Assembly: GCA_002763265.1 (NCBI GenBank)
Contig: PEZQ01000003.1
Location: 114,112-178,111 of the forward strand
DNA from: an archaeon CG10_big_fil_rev_8_21_14_0_10_43_11
GTDB lineage: Archaea > Nanobdellota > Nanobdellia > PEZQ01
Direction of reading: 5' to 3'
Length of the DNA: 64,000 nucleotides
Below are positions 26,147-33,877 of the stretch, piece after piece. Each line of letters starts with the position of its first letter. Positions within the stretch are counted from its first letter, which is position 1. Under the pieces are notes generated by a model. The model had not been told where the DNA came from, searched no databases, and saw nothing but the letters and a program-made list of their open reading frames with translations. The translations under genes and the position numbers were made by a program.

Positions 26147-26546
26147 AAGAAAAAGACTGGGCAGACTGCTTAACAAACAAATCCGCAAAAACTGTTTCGC
26201 CAGATGTTCTAAGAGCAGAATCCTTAAAAGAGACTGCTAAAGAAAGAATAAACCTAATAAAAAAAATAACCGAGAAGAACTGCAATTTTGTCTTTGAAGA
26301 TTACTACACCTCTCTTTTAGAGCTTTTGCAGGCAATAGCCTTTAAGGAAGGGTTCAACGTATTAAATCATGTCTGCATAGGATTCTATATTCGAGACATG
26401 TTAAAGAGAGAGAAGATTTATTCATGCTATTTGACGATTTAAGATTCAAAAGAAACTCACTCACATACTACGGAAAAAGAATGGACTTTGAAACAGCAAA
26501 ACAAGCAATAGAAAAATGTAAAAGGCTCATCAGGGAACTGCAATGA
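26143..26546 (+). pseudogene. HEPN-domain partner of the NTase, disrupted by a -1 frame change in an AG-repeat (about 26403-26417)
   Basis: Frame 1 gives MKEKDW...FYIRDMLKRE and then stops at 26440-26442. The adjacent frame continues DLFMLFDDLRFKRNSLTYYGKRMDFETAKQAIEKCKRLIRELQ to the TGA at 26544-26546. That continuation contains an R-x4-6-(H/Y)-like HEPN motif (RFKRNSLTY). Confidence 0.6.
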
Positions 26547-26653
26547 AAAAACTCATAACCGAAGAAAATGTTAAAGAGAATGTTTTAGATATTCTCAAGA
26601 TTGAGATAACGCTAGCGTTACATTTATAAACATCTGTTTATTTAATTAAACAC

Positions 26654-27178
26654 GTGTTCAAAGAATTAAACACTTTAAAAATCTTCCTGGAAGAGCCAGC
26701 CAGAAAGTTCAATGTAAGAGAAGTTGCAAGACTGCTTAAAATAACCCCTGCAACTGCAAGTAAGCAACTAAAATACTTTGCAAAGAAGGGCGTTCTCAAG
26801 TATGAAAAAGAGCGCATATTTGACTTATACAGTGCAGACATCGAAAGCACAACGTATAGAGACCTCAAGCTATATTACAACATAACAAAAATAAGAAATT
26901 CCGGCATCCTTGAAGCGTTAGATAAATTTTATCTTAAGCCAACCGTCATTTTTTTTGGCTCAGGAACAACAGGACATGATACAAAAAACAGCGACTTCGA
27001 CTTTGTTGTTATAAGTGAAAATAAAAAAGACTTTCCAAGAAAAGCAGAGTTCGAGAAAAAAATGCAAAGAACCCTACAAATCTTTGCAGTCGCCAATCTT
27101 AACGACTTAAAAAACGAGCATCTAATAAATAATGCACTTAGTGGGATATTACTCCAAGGAGAAATACGATGGATATAG
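26654..27178 (+). CDS. winged-HTH plus nucleotidyltransferase-domain protein
   Basis: The N-terminal wHTH is FNVREVARLLKITPATASKQLKYFAKKGVL and the NTase motif is FFGSGTTGHDTKNSDFDFVVI. Confidence 0.8.
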   Translation: MFKELNTLKIFLEEPARKFNVREVARLLKITPATASKQLKYFAKKGVLKYEKERIFDLYSADIESTTYRDLKLYYNITKIRNSGILEALDKFYLKPTVIFFGSGTTGHDTKNSDFDFVVISENKKDFPRKAEFEKKMQRTLQIFAVANLNDLKNEHLINNALSGILLQGEIRWI

Positions 27179-27272
27179 ATGAAAAAGCTGGCGAAAAAGA
27201 AAGTATTGAACCAAAAAAAGAAAAAGATTTATTCAGGATTATAATTGATTTTTTCAGGAGGTTGTTTGGAAG

Positions 27273-27722
27273 ATGAAAATATTTGGAAAAACTTTAAAAG
27301 AGTATGTCGGGCCAATAAAATATTATATTTTAATTTCTATTTTAGTTGTAATATTGCAGTATTATGTTGCGCTTCCACTAAGCAGAAATTATCCTTATAT
27401 ACTAGCTCTGACACAGGCTTTATGGGCCCTCATGGTAGCTTTTTCGGTAATTAAGCTCACTTTGTATTATGATTTTAATTTTAAGAATCTCTTGTTTTTA
27501 GGTGTTTTATATTCTGTTATCATCCATGGGCTAAAAGCTTTTGTATTTCGGGTATTTTCATTTCCTTATTCCGACCCCACTATTGAACAATATATTTTAC
27601 ACCTCTTAAACAGGTTTCTTTATGGAAGCTTTTTAGTGATGTTCATTGTTATAATTCTCGGCTTAATCTTTATCAAGCTGAAAAATAATCAAGAAGTGAG
27701 AAAATCTTCTAGATGGTTATAA
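27273..27722 (+). CDS. small polytopic membrane protein, function unknown
   Basis: 149-aa, A+T-rich ORF with 4 hydrophobic helices. Confidence 0.5.
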   Translation: MKIFGKTLKEYVGPIKYYILISILVVILQYYVALPLSRNYPYILALTQALWALMVAFSVIKLTLYYDFNFKNLLFLGVLYSVIIHGLKAFVFRVFSFPYSDPTIEQYILHLLNRFLYGSFLVMFIVIILGLIFIKLKNNQEVRKSSRWL

Positions 27723-27829
27723 TTTAGGAAAACTGCCCTATCTAATTTTTAGGACTTCAAATTTATTGAGTTTAACTAGTTATTATAGGAAATTTTTATC
27801 GCAAAAAGTATATATTTGGAACATTATGC

Positions 27830-28052
27830 GAAATTAAGCACGGTCTTTCAATTAAATTAGAAAATGGATTAGAATTAAGAAATTATTCAAAACAATCAAT
27901 AAAATCCTATCCTTATCATGTTAAAAAATTTTTAGACTATTCTAAAACAAAAGGGATAAATGAAAATAATTCAATTTTTCTTTAAGGAAATACAAAAACT
28001 TCTTGGGCATTCATCAATTAAAAACGTGAAAAGCCCCTTGGACAACCTATAA
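27830..28052 (+). pseudogene. remnant of a tyrosine recombinase (Xer/integrase family) with large internal deletions
   Basis: One frame gives EIKHGLSIKLENGLELRNYSKQSIKSYPYHVKKFLDYSKTKGINENNSIFL*, which resembles the SAM-like N-domain. An out-of-frame continuation gives KEIQKLLGHSSIKNVKSPLDNL*, the C-terminal LGH box and tail. The catalytic core and the Tyr region are missing, and there is no start codon. Confidence 0.6.
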
Positions 28053-28142
28053 CACGCTAAACGCGAGAAACACGCGTGTTACCCACCAGGAAAAAAAGCA
28101 ATCTATAAAAATGGTCTGACGCTTACAATTCCTAACCTTTTT

Positions 28143-28214
28143 GGGCTGGTGGTCTAGTGGTATGACGCCGCCTTGGCATGGCGGAGACTGCGAGTTCGAT
28201 TCTCGCCCAGTCCA
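28143..28214 (+). tRNA. tRNA-Ala (anticodon GGC)
   Basis: The acceptor stem GGGCUGG/CCAGUCC carries the G3:U70 identity pair. The anticodon arm is CCGCC-UUGGCAU-GGCGG, the T arm is GCGAG-UUCGAUU-CUCGC, and the discriminator is A. Confidence 0.9.
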
Positions 28215-28224
28215 CTAAACAGTT

Positions 28225-28644
28225 ATGTTCTCACAACAAACCAATACGGGTATGAAGCCGCGTGCACGCGCAAACCTTGTTCTCTACGCCTTAAGCGCGC
28301 TGCTTGCACTTCAATCACTCTATTTTCTTGCAAAAACCCCGCTGCTCGTCCTGCTTGCGCTCGCTTACGTAATCGTGTTTGGAGTTTTGTTCTCACGCGT
28401 AGGTGTTAGAAAAGAATTTTTTGCGACCACACTCGTGGTATGGAACGTTATTGCAGCACTTATCATTGTGCTCACAACGCCGTGGGGCGATAGCGGCGTT
28501 GGACAAATCATTCTTGCAATACTCATTCTTGTCTACGGCTTGCTTATTGGTAGCATTGCGCCACTTGCAATTACTATCGCGCTCTTTTTGTTTAAGAAAA
28601 GACAAAGCCTCACAGCACGCGTAAAGCGTTTGTTTTCGCGTTAA
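28225..28644 (+). CDS. small membrane protein (4 TM), function unknown
   Basis: 139-aa hydrophobic ORF starting 11 nt after tRNA-Ala. Confidence 0.5.
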   Translation: MFSQQTNTGMKPRARANLVLYALSALLALQSLYFLAKTPLLVLLALAYVIVFGVLFSRVGVRKEFFATTLVVWNVIAALIIVLTTPWGDSGVGQIILAILILVYGLLIGSIAPLAITIALFLFKKRQSLTARVKRLFSR

Positions 28645-28700
28645 GAAATACCTTTTTATGCCATTACTGCACCAATTCACCACAGAGAGGGAAATACCGC

Positions 28701-30113
28701 GTGCTGTTTCGAGGAGAAGTGTGGTTGCGAAGAGCGTTTTTTGGTCTAGCCGTGTTTCTCGCGTTTACCACGCCTTTTGCGCTAGTAGAAAATAATACTG
28801 CATTTTTGCGCACTGCGCCTCTTGGCTATTTCGCGCTTCTTGGCGGCTCATTTATTCTTGTTATCATGAGCGTACGCGTGTATCGAAGTTTTAGCGAAGA
28901 AATTCACGTACTTCGCACAAAAGGCCTGCAAGTTGAGAGTCTTGCTGGTTTTAGGCAATTGCGCAAAAACGTTATTGTATCCATTTTCAAAACAAGCATT
29001 ATTTTCATAAATGCATTCATCGCGTTTTTGCTGTTTGTATTCCTTGTTGACAGCGTGATAAAAACAAGCGTGATTATCATGATGTTTGTCGTGTTCTCAT
29101 CACTCATGTCATGTGCGAGCATGATATTTCTTATTACCATCCCCCACATTAATTTTCAACCAGGAAGTCTCTCAAAATATTACAAATCACCAAAAGTGCC
29201 CCTGCTTCTTGACAACTTCATTACTGACACGCTTCGCTCAACTATGGACCCTGCAGCACAATTGCGCTTTGATGAGTGGACAAGCATGGTATCTGCGCTT
29301 ATAAAAAAATCATACGCAAAAGAATTTTCCCAAAAAGAACGTGTTGAGCGCGCAATTGAAACAGTACTCTTGCTCACATACTTAAAGCAAGTGATTCCTG
29401 AGCGCGGACAACAAATTTTCAACACCAAAATACGACATGTCATAAAACCAGACGGTCTCTACGAGCTCAAAAAAGGCAATGGCTCACGCATATCTCTTGA
29501 CGTACTTGATGAGCTTATTGCGCGCGCGCAAAAAGACAGGCCGGGCGCGTTCACGATTGTTGACCGCTTGATGACCACTCTTCTTGAACGCTTTGAAGAA
29601 TTCCAGTATAGTGATTTATGGGTTGAAACCCACCTTCCCGAGCGCGTTGGCAATTACAAAAAATCGCTTACGCTCACCGTGCTCATTAGCAATCTCAAAA
29701 AAGCAAAGAGTGAACGAGAACTTACCTTGCTATTAAGTAAAGAGCATGAAATGGTCGAATCCTACACGCTTAAAATCGAGCCATTTACCGCAAGAAAAGC
29801 AGACTTTGAGCACACACTCACAAGCAAAGAAGAAAAAGCGCTTGACGTGATTGATTACGCAATTGAAGTATTGCACGCAAGCGAGGGTTTCCAGTTTCAA
29901 ATCATCCCGCACACAATTGGAGACCACGTTGTGGGATTGAGCATTAACGAGAGTAACGAAACGGTATGGGGCGAATCGCTCACGTTCTCTGCTGCACACG
30001 ATTACCTCTCTATTGCCACAGGCAGTGCAGCAAAGCTTGGCGCAATTGGCGGAGCACTTTTGAGCACGCTTGGACTGGGTATTTCAAGCATTCTTTCAAT
30101 CTTTGGACTATAA
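28701..30113 (+). CDS. large membrane protein (N-terminal TM bundle, soluble middle, C-terminal Gly/Ala-rich TM), function unknown
   Basis: 470-aa ORF with a GTG start and no recognisable motif. Confidence 0.6.
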   Translation: MLFRGEVWLRRAFFGLAVFLAFTTPFALVENNTAFLRTAPLGYFALLGGSFILVIMSVRVYRSFSEEIHVLRTKGLQVESLAGFRQLRKNVIVSIFKTSIIFINAFIAFLLFVFLVDSVIKTSVIIMMFVVFSSLMSCASMIFLITIPHINFQPGSLSKYYKSPKVPLLLDNFITDTLRSTMDPAAQLRFDEWTSMVSALIKKSYAKEFSQKERVERAIETVLLLTYLKQVIPERGQQIFNTKIRHVIKPDGLYELKKGNGSRISLDVLDELIARAQKDRPGAFTIVDRLMTTLLERFEEFQYSDLWVETHLPERVGNYKKSLTLTVLISNLKKAKSERELTLLLSKEHEMVESYTLKIEPFTARKADFEHTLTSKEEKALDVIDYAIEVLHASEGFQFQIIPHTIGDHVVGLSINESNETVWGESLTFSAAHDYLSIATGSAAKLGAIGGALLSTLGLGISSILSIFGL

Positions 30114-30962
30114 GACAATCATGTCAATAAATTGTTTCACACTCACACGCGCTGAGGCAGCATTGTCATGACCCCCGCCCCCTAAAAGTTCTGCAATCTC
30201 GCGCGCAAGCGGTTTGTCATTGTCTTGTCCGCGAAAACTCACTTTCACTCCATCATCAATATAGCTAAACACGGCAACAGCCTGTTTATTCTTTTTTGCA
30301 AAATAATGTCCTACTTCTGAATGGAAAAGAGGCGTGTTGTAAGCTAGAACCACATACTCTCCCACCGAAATAGTAACCGGGGTGAGTCGGGTTTCAAGTG
30401 TGTGCACTAAATCATCAGCATACGCACTCATGTACGAACCCCTCTCAATTATGAGCGCTGCATCTTGTTTGAGAACCTCTTTCATTTTTTCAGGTTTATT
30501 AATAAACAGGCTCAAATAATTGTTTGCATGCTTTGTCTCATCTCCATGCTTCCACGCCCAAATATCCCTGTCTTTGACGAGTTCTACAAGGCGAGGTACG
30601 GGTTCTCCAAAAAAGTGTTTCCACGCAATAGATGTGCCACTTTCATTATTATCAAACGTGTAGGCAAAGCATTCGTGCTTGATTTGTTCAAGGGTTTTGT
30701 TCACGCCCACGTGGTGGTCAAGAATAGTGAGATGCGCGCCTGTATCAAGAAGGGTTTGTATTTGCTCAGGTTTGAATGAAAAATCAATCAAATACAGATG
30801 CGTGTCTAAATCAAGCTGATTTGCAAGTGACTGAATATTGCTTTGTGTGTAATTGTAGTCAAACGGGATTGTTTTTGAGTTTGGAAATTTTGTTAAAAAC
30901 ACTGCAGCACTCGTAGTACCATCAATACAGTTTTTATGATATATGCATAGATTTGTTGTCAT
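30108..30962 (-). CDS. DHH/DHHA1-family phosphoesterase (NrnA/RecJ-like core)
   Basis: Contains IYHKNCIDGTTSAAV, the DHH motif LTILDHHVG and the DHHA1 motif GGGGHDNAASA. The start is placed at MTTNLCIYH. Confidence 0.8.
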   Translation of the reverse strand: MTTNLCIYHKNCIDGTTSAAVFLTKFPNSKTIPFDYNYTQSNIQSLANQLDLDTHLYLIDFSFKPEQIQTLLDTGAHLTILDHHVGVNKTLEQIKHECFAYTFDNNESGTSIAWKHFFGEPVPRLVELVKDRDIWAWKHGDETKHANNYLSLFINKPEKMKEVLKQDAALIIERGSYMSAYADDLVHTLETRLTPVTISVGEYVVLAYNTPLFHSEVGHYFAKKNKQAVAVFSYIDDGVKVSFRGQDNDKPLAREIAELLGGGGHDNAASARVSVKQFIDMIVL

Positions 30963-31063
30963 ACTACTAACAAAGAGTATTGTGATGTTAAGGGTTTTGC
31001 GGTTTGATATTACTGGACATACTGTTGCGAAACTAAATTGATTACCTAATTGCAAATGTTCTT

Positions 31064-31696
31064 GTGTTCAATTTAATAAAACTGCATGATAACAGTGACG
31101 CAAGACAACTTTGGATTCGCGTAAAACTTTCTGACACAACTAAAATTAAACTCAAAAAAGATGTTATCCTAAATGATTTTGACATTCCTTCTTCAACCTT
31201 TGACGAATGGATGAGAAAGGAGAGAGTGCCTATTGTTTTTACGAACAATAAGCCATCAACAATTGAACGTTATAATCAGTGCTTTGAAGAATTATTTATG
31301 ATCAAAACGCGCAACTATACAAGACGAAAACAGTCTGATTATTTCGTATCTGAGATTAAGTCAAAAATAATTTACCGGTTTTTTACAAGAATTCTTGGTT
31401 TTCCTGAAGGAAAAAAATCAAAGATTATCCGATTTCCAAGTATTGTTAATCAGTTTAACAAGGACGAAAAAAGAGCTTTGATTCAAGGCTTATTGTTGAC
31501 AGATGGTGGGAAATCAAACAATTCCTTTCATTATTGTACGGCAAGTAACGGATTGTGTGAAGACGTTGTGAAGATTCTTAGCGAGTTTGATGTATTGTCT
31601 ACTGTGTCCAAGCAAATCTTTAAAAATGGTACGGAATATTACCATATAATCATGTCATTGGAAGATGCAAACAGCCTACTATCAATGCCGAAGTAG
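31064..31696 (+). CDS. free-standing LAGLIDADG-type (homing-endonuclease-like) protein, single motif
   Basis: ILGFPEGKKSKIIRFPSIVNQFNKDEKRALIQGLLLTDGG matches the DOD pattern (lG.p.GkKs..i.iP...flrGlfd.DG). The last 10 nt, including the stop, overlap the tRNA 5' end. Confidence 0.55.
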   Translation: MFNLIKLHDNSDARQLWIRVKLSDTTKIKLKKDVILNDFDIPSSTFDEWMRKERVPIVFTNNKPSTIERYNQCFEELFMIKTRNYTRRKQSDYFVSEIKSKIIYRFFTRILGFPEGKKSKIIRFPSIVNQFNKDEKRALIQGLLLTDGGKSNNSFHYCTASNGLCEDVVKILSEFDVLSTVSKQIFKNGTEYYHIIMSLEDANSLLSMPK

Positions 31697-31869
31697 CTCA
31701 GCCTGGTTAGAGCGCCACAAATATTCTTCCAACAAAAACGTGACGTGATTTGGTAGGTATTGGCGATGCTCATAAGTAACTGCTTATGAACTCTGACTTC
31801 GTGATGAGATTAAGCAATAATCAAGCTGGGAAACGTGGAGGTCCGAGGGTTCGAATCCCTCCTTCGGCA
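31687..31869 (+). tRNA. tRNA with anticodon CAU (elongator Met or Ile2) carrying two BHB introns (31719-31767 at 30/31; 31775-31832 at 37/38)
   Basis: The acceptor stem is GCCGAAG/CUUCGGC, the D arm is GCUC-AGCCUGGUUA-GAGC and the T arm is GAGGG-UUCGAAU-CCCUC. After removing both introns the anticodon arm is CCACG-CUCAUAA-CGUGG. Both junctions fall after the 2nd nt of 3-nt bulges flanking 4-bp helices (details in findings). Confidence 0.75.
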
Positions 31870-31871
31870 CT
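31857..31871 (+). repeat. 15-nt direct repeat copy 1 (CCCTCCTTCGGCACT) = 3' end of tRNA(CAU); att-like
   Basis: An exact 15-mer recurs at 33893-33907 in the same orientation. Confidence 0.6.
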
Positions 31872-31944
31872 CCCTCTTTACTACCTTAATTAGTGGTTAT
31901 TCACAAGAGAAAGAGTAATAACTCCAGAAGATGATTAACGGACT

Positions 31945-32544
31945 GTGCCTAACGCGTATCATATAGATAATGACACTATAATTATTGAAAGAGATTTAAC
32001 CGAATTAGACATATTTGTTAAAGATTTTCTCAACATATTAAAAAAACATTCTGATTACCTAATTGTTAGTGGATATGTAAGTATTGCAACAGGAAGAACA
32101 CGAGGTACAGAAGATGTTGACCTGCTCCTCCCCCCTCTTAGTGAAGAAACGTTTACTCAACTATTTAACGAACTCACAGAAAATGGTTTTTGGTGCTACC
32201 AAGGCGATTCCGCGGACATGGCATACAAATATATTCAGGAAGTAAACAATATCAGATTCGCAAGAAGTAATCAAATGTTCCCTAACATGGAAATTGTACC
32301 CTTCAATGAAACGAAACGGACAAAATCATTTGAATTTAATCATCCACAAAAGATAAAAATTAAAGATTTTGAGTTCAAAATTCCGCAATTAGAATTTGAA
32401 ATTCTCTACAAAGAACTGGTACTTACTGGGAAAAAAGATATTGCTGATGCACGACATTTACGAATATTTTTTGTAGATATCCTAAAAAAAGAAAAGTTTG
32501 AAACGTATGAAGCGGTGATAAAATATTATGAAAACTTGGGTTGA
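31945..32544 (+). CDS. hypothetical protein, possible nucleotidyltransferase fold
   Basis: SGYVSIATGRTRGTEDVDLLL resembles the G[SG]-x(9-13)-DxD NTase motif. The C-terminal LTGKKDIADARHL resembles the (K/R)xKDxxD tail of small NTase families. The start codon is GTG. Confidence 0.4.
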   Translation: MPNAYHIDNDTIIIERDLTELDIFVKDFLNILKKHSDYLIVSGYVSIATGRTRGTEDVDLLLPPLSEETFTQLFNELTENGFWCYQGDSADMAYKYIQEVNNIRFARSNQMFPNMEIVPFNETKRTKSFEFNHPQKIKIKDFEFKIPQLEFEILYKELVLTGKKDIADARHLRIFFVDILKKEKFETYEAVIKYYENLG

Positions 32545-32725
32545 CCTAGATTACGTTGAATATTATGCTAGACAATTACGAGAGGATACTTCACTATTCA
32601 AACAGCAAAAAATGCTTATCGATTCCCAGATTAAGTCAAGCAGGGAGTTATTCAACACTAGATTCAAAAACCAAGATTTTAAAACACAAGCTCGAAAATA
32701 CCTCCACGAATGCAATTTGATATAA
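32528..32725 (+). CDS. small hypothetical protein overlapping the 3' end of 31945..32544
   Basis: 65-aa helical-looking ORF with a 17-nt overlap with the upstream gene. Confidence 0.35.
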   Translation: MKTWVDLDYVEYYARQLREDTSLFKQQKMLIDSQIKSSRELFNTRFKNQDFKTQARKYLHECNLI

Positions 32726-32876
32726 TGATTAATGAGCGGAATCTTATCAAGTTTAACTCACTTATCAAAGGAAAAGTATACAAGAATGACCAAATCTGGT
32801 ACGGTCTTGTAATTGGTTTTGACCATTCCTCAGTTATTATATTGATTCCATATGATATTCATATAAATATTTAAAT

Positions 32877-33182
32877 ATGGATACTTTGCTAACTATAAAC
32901 ATGGCTCAGAAATCTACGACACTACAATTTTCTAAAGAACAATTTAGAGATATGGATATGTATATTTCTAAAGGTTATTACTCGTCTAAAGCAGAACTTG
33001 TTAGAGAGGCAGTTAGAGATAAACTTAGATCCTTAGAGAAAGACGAATTATATACGCAAATTCTGGAGCTCAGAAAAAAATCAAAGAATAGAGAAGCAAA
33101 GATGACATCACCCTTTATTTCAACGGAAGACTCAGATGAGCTTATGAAGCAACTTGCAAGAAAAAATAAACTGGAATTATAA
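32877..33182 (+). CDS. ribbon-helix-helix (CopG/VapB-like) protein
   Basis: TTLQFSKEQFRDMDMYISKGYYSSKAELVREAVRDKL fits the RHH pattern of beta strand, helix and helix. The start may be the internal Met at 32901. Confidence 0.55.
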   Translation: MDTLLTINMAQKSTTLQFSKEQFRDMDMYISKGYYSSKAELVREAVRDKLRSLEKDELYTQILELRKKSKNREAKMTSPFISTEDSDELMKQLARKNKLEL

Positions 33183-33605
33183 TTCTTCTGGTCTTCTAAC
33201 AAGAATATCATATTTTCTTTCTAATTTCTTAAAATCCTTAACATTCCACGTACAGATAAATTTACAATGATTATGTATCGCACTGGCAGCATGACGCGCA
33301 TCTTTTATTCCTTTAACAAATTTGGTTACAATCTTTTTAGAGAAATCAATATCCTTTTGGGTTATACGCTGAACTTCTAACTTCTTAGGGTTTTTATCAA
33401 AAAGAGCCATAAAGTCTGATTCGTCTAGTCTAGTAATTTGACAGAATTCGGCAATTACTAAATCAGAAACAACCATTGTATATTTACAATCGAAAGATGT
33501 GTTCATAAACTCTATGCTTCGCAGGTCCATAAACTCTAAGTTACGACCAAACTCACTTTGAATAAGACTTATGAAAACATTACTATTAACATATACTCTT
33601 GGCAT
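33177..33605 (-). CDS. PIN-domain (VapC-like) ribonuclease
   Basis: The N-terminus is MPRVYVNSNVFISL and the C-terminus is ICTWNVKDFKKL (T.N.KDF), with conserved acidic positions. Confidence 0.7.
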   Translation of the reverse strand: MPRVYVNSNVFISLIQSEFGRNLEFMDLRSIEFMNTSFDCKYTMVVSDLVIAEFCQITRLDESDFMALFDKNPKKLEVQRITQKDIDFSKKIVTKFVKGIKDARHAASAIHNHCKFICTWNVKDFKKLERKYDILVRRPEEL

Positions 33606-33877
33606 GCAGTTCTTTTGCAACATGTTCAATAATAAAAAATCTTTTATTCCCAAATCCCTCTTAATATCAACAGGTGCATTAGCTTTCCAAAATGAGTCAA
33701 TGTATAGAACACAGAACTTCTCTGGACGTGCAAGAAACTTTATTCTTTCTCAGCTCAACTATTCCAAAATTTTCTCAAACCGCAACTACTCTTAGATAGT
33801 GTCAACAGGGTCCTAAATAAAATCCTAAAAAACTAAGTTTAAAAATCATAATCTAAGGAGTATTAGTAGGAACTAAA

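Noticed and set aside
27170-27274. 35-codon ORF (MDIDEKAGEKESIEPKKEKDLFRIIIDFFRRLFGR) overlapping the end of the second NTase gene, as a possible HEPN remnant
   Set aside because: It is too short, has no HEPN motif and is lysine/glutamate low-complexity. This is not enough support to call a gene.
25668-28142. Direct repeat of tRNA-Ala sequence marking the far border of the 25.7-28.1 kb island
   Set aside because: By-eye comparison of the left border (25668-25735) with the tRNA and its flanks found nothing longer than 6 nt. The island lies on the 5' side of the tRNA, so a tRNA-Ala att site is not supported.
28173-28409. 78-aa plus-strand ORF starting inside tRNA-Ala
   Set aside because: It begins within the tRNA and is out of frame with the better hydrophobic ORF 28225..28644. 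The translation is Arg/Cys-rich and unlike a real protein.
33606-33877. Search for a small antitoxin ORF upstream of the PIN gene (and track ORF 33571..33795 on the plus strand)
   Set aside because: Minus-strand translation gives only 11-15 codon ORFs. The 74-aa plus-strand ORF is A+T-rich low-complexity, partly overlaps the PIN gene 5' end in antisense, and has no motif.
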